This document shows, piece after piece, positions 58,977-64,000 of a stretch of DNA of 64,000 nucleotides; the first letter of the stretch is position 1, and the number at the start of each line of letters is the position of its first letter. Below the pieces are notes generated by a model. That model did not search any database and had not been told where the DNA came from. It worked only from the letters and a program-made list of their open reading frames with translations. Position numbers and translations under genes: made by a program. The DNA is from Leptospiraceae bacterium (GTDB lineage: Bacteria > Spirochaetota > Leptospiria > Leptospirales > Leptonemataceae), in NCBI GenBank assembly GCA_040217195.1, contig JAVJNR010000001.1, positions 1 through 64,000 on the forward strand, read 5' to 3'.

Positions 58977-59753
58977 ATGGCAGGTCATTCCAAATGGGCA
59001 AATATTCGTCATAAAAAAGAAGGCGCGGATAAGCGAAGAGGGATCATGTTTACCAAGCTCTCTCGAGAGCTTATGGTATCGGCCAGATTGGGCGGTTCAG
59101 ATCCGGAAATGAATCCCAGGCTACGAATTGCTATATCCAAAGCCCGGTCCGCCAACATGCCCAATGACAACATTGATCGGGCTATTAAAAAAGGGGCAGG
59201 CGAACTGGAAGGTCAGACCTTCGAAGAGGTTGTATATGAAATCTATGCTCCTGGCGGCGTAGGTTTGATTGTAGAAGCGCTCACCGATAAAAAATCCAGA
59301 ACGACTCCAGAAGTAAAAAGTATGGTAAACAAGCATGGTGCAAACCTGGCGGAGGCCAATGCAGTGAGCCGTTTATTCGAAAGCAGAGGGCAGATCATAA
59401 TCGCAAAAGAGCAAGAAGATGGAGTTACTCTGGAAGAAGACCAGGTGATGGAAGTTGCTCTGGAAGCGGGTGCCGAAGATATGAAATCGGATGACGATAG
59501 CTTTGAGATTCTGACCACTCCCAATAATTATGCGCAGGTTGCAGAAGCCATTAGTAATGCAGGCTGGCAAACCAGTGAATCTGGAATACGTTATCTTCCC
59601 ATGGAAGGAACTGAAATTCAGGTGGATGCAGAGAAAGCTCGTAACATCTTCGACTTTCTGGAGAAGCTGGAAGAGCATGACGATGTTCAATCCGTGTATC
59701 ACAATATGCATCTTTCCGATGAGCTATACGCAGAAATGGAGCAGATGGCTTGA
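58977..59753 (+). CDS. yebC: YebC/PmpR family protein
   Basis: MAGHSKWANIRHKK, NPRLR, LEEHDDVQSVYHN. Confidence 0.95.
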   Translation: MAGHSKWANIRHKKEGADKRRGIMFTKLSRELMVSARLGGSDPEMNPRLRIAISKARSANMPNDNIDRAIKKGAGELEGQTFEEVVYEIYAPGGVGLIVEALTDKKSRTTPEVKSMVNKHGANLAEANAVSRLFESRGQIIIAKEQEDGVTLEEDQVMEVALEAGAEDMKSDDDSFEILTTPNNYAQVAEAISNAGWQTSESGIRYLPMEGTEIQVDAEKARNIFDFLEKLEEHDDVQSVYHNMHLSDELYAEMEQMA

Positions 59754-60565
59754 AAATTCTGGGGCTGGACCCCGGGTTTGGGATCACCGGCTGGGGCTTC
59801 GTATCCTTTCGCGGTTCTTCCCTGAATCAGCCCACGCTACATAGCTATGGAGCTCTTACCACTCCGACAGGGCAGCCTTTATCCCTTCGCCTGGCCCATC
59901 TTCAAAATCAGTTTGTTGAACTACTGGATCGATTGAATCCAGATCGAGTGGCCATGGAGCGCCTCTTCTTTGGTAGAAACATTACCACAGCCGAAGGAGT
60001 TTATCAGGCCAGAGGAGTCCTTCTGGCTGCCATGGGACAGAAAAGCATCGTGCCCATTGAACTTACTCCCAATCAGATCAAACAATCCATAACTGGATCT
60101 GGAAAGGCTCGAAAGCCTGAAATGATGCGAATGGTTCAAATGCTTCTAAACATCGATGAACCAATTCGTCCCGACGATGCGGCGGATGCTCTGGGATGCG
60201 CCATCGCTGCAAGTGCAATCTCCAATCTGGAGTATCAACAGCTTCAGCATCCTCCGCAAGAGGTGCCGTTGACCGGTGCCGAACTGGCGAAAGAGTCTAT
60301 GACCGATCCTGTGGCCTGGCCTGGACCATCGATTCCTATAGAGGATTCGGCCCGGCCCCGAAGGCGAACTTCTTCCATGGAAAACCTGATCTCCGACTCC
60401 GATCAATTTGCAGCTATGCTTCAGGCAGGCAGCGAAATTCGATTTGCCACCTCGGAAAAAAAAGGCAATAAAAAAGGCTCAACTTCGGCTTCTAAGAAGA
60501 AGCAAGCTATAAAATCCAATTTAAGTGCTCGATCTAAAAAGGGCCATGGCAAGGGACGTTCATGA
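59750..60565 (+). CDS. ruvC: Crossover junction endodeoxyribonuclease RuvC with C-terminal extension
   Basis: ILGLDPG, E.LFF, QARGV, TGSGKARK, DDAADAL. Confidence 0.92.
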   Translation: MKILGLDPGFGITGWGFVSFRGSSLNQPTLHSYGALTTPTGQPLSLRLAHLQNQFVELLDRLNPDRVAMERLFFGRNITTAEGVYQARGVLLAAMGQKSIVPIELTPNQIKQSITGSGKARKPEMMRMVQMLLNIDEPIRPDDAADALGCAIAASAISNLEYQQLQHPPQEVPLTGAELAKESMTDPVAWPGPSIPIEDSARPRRRTSSMENLISDSDQFAAMLQAGSEIRFATSEKKGNKKGSTSASKKKQAIKSNLSARSKKGHGKGRS

Positions 60566-61248
60566 TTTCAGGGATTCGCGGTGTTGTGAGTAGAAAGGCA
60601 GGCACTCGACTGTTTATAGATACTGGAGCCGTGGAATATGAAATGATCGTTCCTCTCAATGTTCTGGATGCAGTGGAACGCAGATTGTATCAGGAACCTG
60701 AGGCTCAGCTGTTTTTTCATGTTCATCAGCAAATCCTGCCTGAAGAGCACAGGCTTTATGGATTTCTGGATCCGCAGCAAAGGGAATTATTTCGCACGAT
60801 TCAGGACATTAAAGGCTTTGGCAGCTCACTTGCTTTAAGTATACTCAGCCATCTGGATACCCGGGGACTTCTGGGTATTTGCGAAAGCGGAGATACAAAG
60901 GGCCTGACTCATATCCCTCGAATCGGTAAATCTACAGCTGAAGCTTTAATTTTCGAAGTTAATCGTAAGAAGAAGCGATTTCTGAAGCTCCTGGAGCTGG
61001 AAGAGGGAGCTGCACGGGCCGGTCTCTCTGAAGCCGGAGAACTGGTGGCCGAGCCAGAGGATGAGACCTCTGAACTGGTAAAACAGGCTTTGCTGCAACT
61101 TGGATACAAAGAAGCCCAGGTACTGAAAGTGCTACAGAAGCTGGAAAAGGAACGCCTGGCCGCAGAAATATCAGGTAGCGATGATAATCAACTGGATGCT
61201 GAGTCATCCACCGCTGACTGGATTCGCAAAGCTTTGCAATTGATGTAG
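60562..61248 (+). CDS. ruvA: Holliday junction branch migration protein RuvA
   Basis: MISGIRG, LYGF, HhH motifs IKGFG and IPRIGK, ALLQLGY. Confidence 0.9.
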   Translation: MISGIRGVVSRKAGTRLFIDTGAVEYEMIVPLNVLDAVERRLYQEPEAQLFFHVHQQILPEEHRLYGFLDPQQRELFRTIQDIKGFGSSLALSILSHLDTRGLLGICESGDTKGLTHIPRIGKSTAEALIFEVNRKKKRFLKLLELEEGAARAGLSEAGELVAEPEDETSELVKQALLQLGYKEAQVLKVLQKLEKERLAAEISGSDDNQLDAESSTADWIRKALQLM

Positions 61249-61440
61249 TCCACGCAGCGTTAATTTTCCAGGCGCCGTGCGCCCCGTTACATCAGCAAAA
61301 CAAATCCGAATCTTAGAACGATGCGGCAATATTCTAGCAGATCCGGCCAGGGCGAGCTTTCTGGCGCGTACCTCTCTTCATTTTGTTCTCCGGAATGAGG
61401 CCGGCTGTACCGATTCCGCCAATCCATCGGTAACTAACTA

Positions 61441-62094
61441 TTAAAAACAAACCGTGTAATCCAGCGCCGGTGGATTGGTTCCACTATCGCCGGTGGATAT
61501 TCCTATGAAGTCGGCCGAGCCATCGGCATTGGATGTGGCCCGAATTCGGTACTGACTTCTGGTCCTGCCTGCAAGCAGATCAGCCTGCAGGAAAGGACTG
61601 ACATCGAAAGTCTTGAAGGATGCATTTGTCACATTGGTGATTTCATGAAACCCCTGGGTCAGAGCCGATGTTCCGAAGTCGGATGTGTCCAGGGTACCAA
61701 AATCTAGATGATCTACAAAGAATGGAGTGATGTTGGACGGAGTGCCATTGGAGCTACCCTGGTAAATGGATACAGTGGCCGAGCTCATTAGTCCGCCCTG
61801 AAGAGCACTTATATCAAAGCTCAAGAATAGCTGGATTACGGTTGCATCTGCCAGGTCACCGATATTTACGATTCCACCGGATGTGGAAGCGGTGAGTGGA
61901 GATTCTGTTACAGTTCCATCTTCAGCCGCCAGGCTTATCAGCTGCCCTGAACTCTGCGAACATCCTCCGATGAGAATTACTGGCAGGATGGCAGGAATGC
62001 AATTTGGATCTTCACTTCTGCATTCCAATTCTGCGACTGTGCATTGAATACAGATGAATATCAGAAAGATTGATGATAGTCCAGTAGTCTTCAT
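61441..62094 (-). CDS. Exported Ser/Thr-rich beta protein (DNRLRE/CBM96-like, tentative)
   Basis: Signal/lipobox; LFLSFDIS.L, SATVSIY, FDVS, PPALDY pattern. Confidence 0.55.
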   Translation of the reverse strand: MKTTGLSSIFLIFICIQCTVAELECRSEDPNCIPAILPVILIGGCSQSSGQLISLAAEDGTVTESPLTASTSGGIVNIGDLADATVIQLFLSFDISALQGGLMSSATVSIYQGSSNGTPSNITPFFVDHLDFGTLDTSDFGTSALTQGFHEITNVTNASFKTFDVSPFLQADLLAGRTRSQYRIRATSNADGSADFIGISTGDSGTNPPALDYTVCF

Positions 62095-62316
62095 AATCCG
62101 TGAATCAAGAAGAAATCAGGACCAGTTATAGATTCCCGCTCCAGGATGCCACCGGGATTTAGCAGAAGAACGGATATTTATAAGAAACAGTGCGTAAAGC
62201 GGTCTGTTTCCATTTCCATATAGTAATTTGGTCTGACCGATAGTATGATGTGTCGGGCTTTTTGCCCTTTAGGATTCGCGCAACTGCATGTAGACCGGGA
62301 CCTGAAGCGCTGGATT

Positions 62317-64000
62317 CTAAATATATCTGCTACTGAATCGCAAAAATTGATTCAGGCTCTTGCTCAGATTCTTTCGGTAAACACCGTCTGCCCGTTCTTC
62401 GCTGAGCTTTTCTGCATTTCTACTGATATAGACTTCCGTTTTTCGAATGAGTGCCCTTAGCTCAGGAAATTTCTTCCAGACATCTTCCGACTCCGTGGCG
62501 CCGGATTGATTATTGTATAGATTAAGAAGTAAATTCTGTATTGTCCGGAGCTGCCCGGTGTCAGTCTCAGTGAAAGACTTTCCGGGGGTCTGTGCATTCC
62601 TGAAGGAATCCAGTAAATCATGTCTGATGGCTGCATTCAGTTTCTCACTGGAGTGGATTTCTGCCAGGGGATTTTGCATGCGAAGATTGTTCATTCCTTC
62701 TATCCTACTTCCGCTTCTGGACAGATTAATGCAATTTACCGGGTCCTCCTCTTTCAATGATTCAATGGATTGTTCGAACCAGCTACGATACAGGCTTAAT
62801 ATGAAATCACCGGGAATGCTTTTTTGGTCTACAGAAGGTACCGGCACCAGATCACGCTTTTGCATCACTCGCTCATTGATGCTTTCCAGACTGAGTTTGC
62901 GATGGATCATATAGTTCCAGCGCTCATAATGGTGTGTATTCAATGCATGAAGTTGGCGAAAGGTCCAGGCCAGGTCCTGACCGGCAAAGTAAATGGTGCG
63001 AAATCCAAGAAAACGCAACAGATCAAAGGCTGACGTTGCCACCGAACCTCCAGACTGGAGACGACCCTGTGGGCCGCAAATTTCTTCCAGCAGCTCTGTT
63101 CCAGGTGTGCGAAGCTCTTCGGTGCTTCCATCCGGTCTGTAAATGAGGCGGGCGGTGGAGGAGAAAATCCAGCCTGCAGGGCTTAAATGGCGAATCAGAG
63201 AAGGATGACAGACCAGATCTGCAAATAAAATTAGATCGGAAAGATCTTCATTCAGGAAGTGCAGCAGGGTTTGCTTCTGAGCATCCAGGATATGCGCTCC
63301 ATGAGGACGAATCCCGGCTCGAAGAAGAGGCTTCAGTGCAGTATCGCAGGCCAGAATAAAGAATTTTTCCTGGTGTTTCTGTATGAAGGGCAGGGTCTCT
63401 GTGAGACTGGGACCGGCTGAAACCAGTAATGCTGGTTTGTCTGTCCATCGATTCTGCCAGTAAATCAGGTTGGATGGATGATTCGAGCTGCGTGCATACT
63501 GACTGTTTATTAATGTATTTCGCAGCCACAATGGTTCGAATTCAAATCTGGTGAGTAGATCGGACATCCTGGATTGCAGGATGCCACGCATTCTGGCTTC
63601 CACATATTCATAGAAATCCGGCGCCTGGTCAACGGAAGACCGGTGCCGGAGGAATCGAATCCCCTGGAAATTCTCTGCCGGAAGACCTTCCAGATAATGC
63701 TCGAGAGAAATCAGGGTTTCTTCTCCAAAGAACAGATGGCATCCAGGGGTATTGAGATATTGCTTAAGTGTAGAAAACTCCGGACCGCTGGCTTGAGATA
63801 TCGGTTCTTCCTTTCCCTGCCTGGGAGGATCTCCATCCGTATTCCATTCATCTGCAGAGGTGCGCTGCTCTGGTTTATTCGGATTTTCTTCTATTATAGT
63901 GCTGCCTGGTGTCTCAATACTGGCATCCGTATCCTTCCATTTGCGTTCGGAATCCTGGAAGGGTGGCCATTGCTGGTCTGATCCCGGAGAGGCCTGGACC
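62317..64000 (-). CDS. DUF115/MptE-like (motility-associated factor, Maf) protein, 5' end beyond window
   Basis: LVSAGPSL, ACDTAL, GGSVATSAF, GQDLAW; frame stays open from 63603 to the window edge. Confidence 0.82.
   Translation of the reverse strand, partial: VQASPGSDQQWPPFQDSERKWKDTDASIETPGSTIIEENPNKPEQRTSADEWNTDGDPPRQGKEEPISQASGPEFSTLKQYLNTPGCHLFFGEETLISLEHYLEGLPAENFQGIRFLRHRSSVDQAPDFYEYVEARMRGILQSRMSDLLTRFEFEPLWLRNTLINSQYARSSNHPSNLIYWQNRWTDKPALLVSAGPSLTETLPFIQKHQEKFFILACDTALKPLLRAGIRPHGAHILDAQKQTLLHFLNEDLSDLILFADLVCHPSLIRHLSPAGWIFSSTARLIYRPDGSTEELRTPGTELLEEICGPQGRLQSGGSVATSAFDLLRFLGFRTIYFAGQDLAWTFRQLHALNTHHYERWNYMIHRKLSLESINERVMQKRDLVPVPSVDQKSIPGDFILSLYRSWFEQSIESLKEEDPVNCINLSRSGSRIEGMNNLRMQNPLAEIHSSEKLNAAIRHDLLDSFRNAQTPGKSFTETDTGQLRTIQNLLLNLYNNQSGATESEDVWKKFPELRALIRKTEVYISRNAEKLSEERADGVYRKNLSKSLNQFLRFSSRYI

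Noticed and set aside
63574..63981. 135-aa plus-strand ORF
   Set aside because: Antisense shadow of the Maf/DUF115 gene, whose minus-strand frame is open to the window edge.

Overview
Bacterial chromosomal window, probably from a spirochaete of the family Leptospiraceae (inferred from the DUF1554/Len-like lipoprotein and overall gene content). The most notable region is 1-4023, an integron-like gene-cassette array that runs off the left edge. A tyrosine recombinase (2980-4023, minus) is followed downstream, in the same orientation, by three complete cassettes. These are separated by unusually long (~232-233 bp) multi-hairpin attC-like sites. The recombinase appears to lack the IntI-specific insertion and has an extra N-terminal HARP-like segment. 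Each cassette is bounded by its own 17-19 bp inverted repeat with a G.T mismatch at the same position, and one cassette carries a LexA-like repressor divergent from a DUF3892 gene and a 55-aa gene. About 4.7-20 kb is accessory-type (tandem repeats, RND permease, hydrolases, MFS-DUF2804-GH2 sugar cluster, SRPBCC) and ends at tRNA-Leu(CAG). About 20-64 kb is mostly housekeeping: acyl-CoA ligase, rsgA, hisB/H/A interrupted by a desaturase, RNase Z, M16 peptidases, moeB, rsmD, GT2, clpP, eno, two sigma54 activators, pdxJ, a CHAT protein, yebC-ruvC-ruvA and a partial Maf/DUF115 gene. All family assignments are from motif recognition by eye, not database searches.
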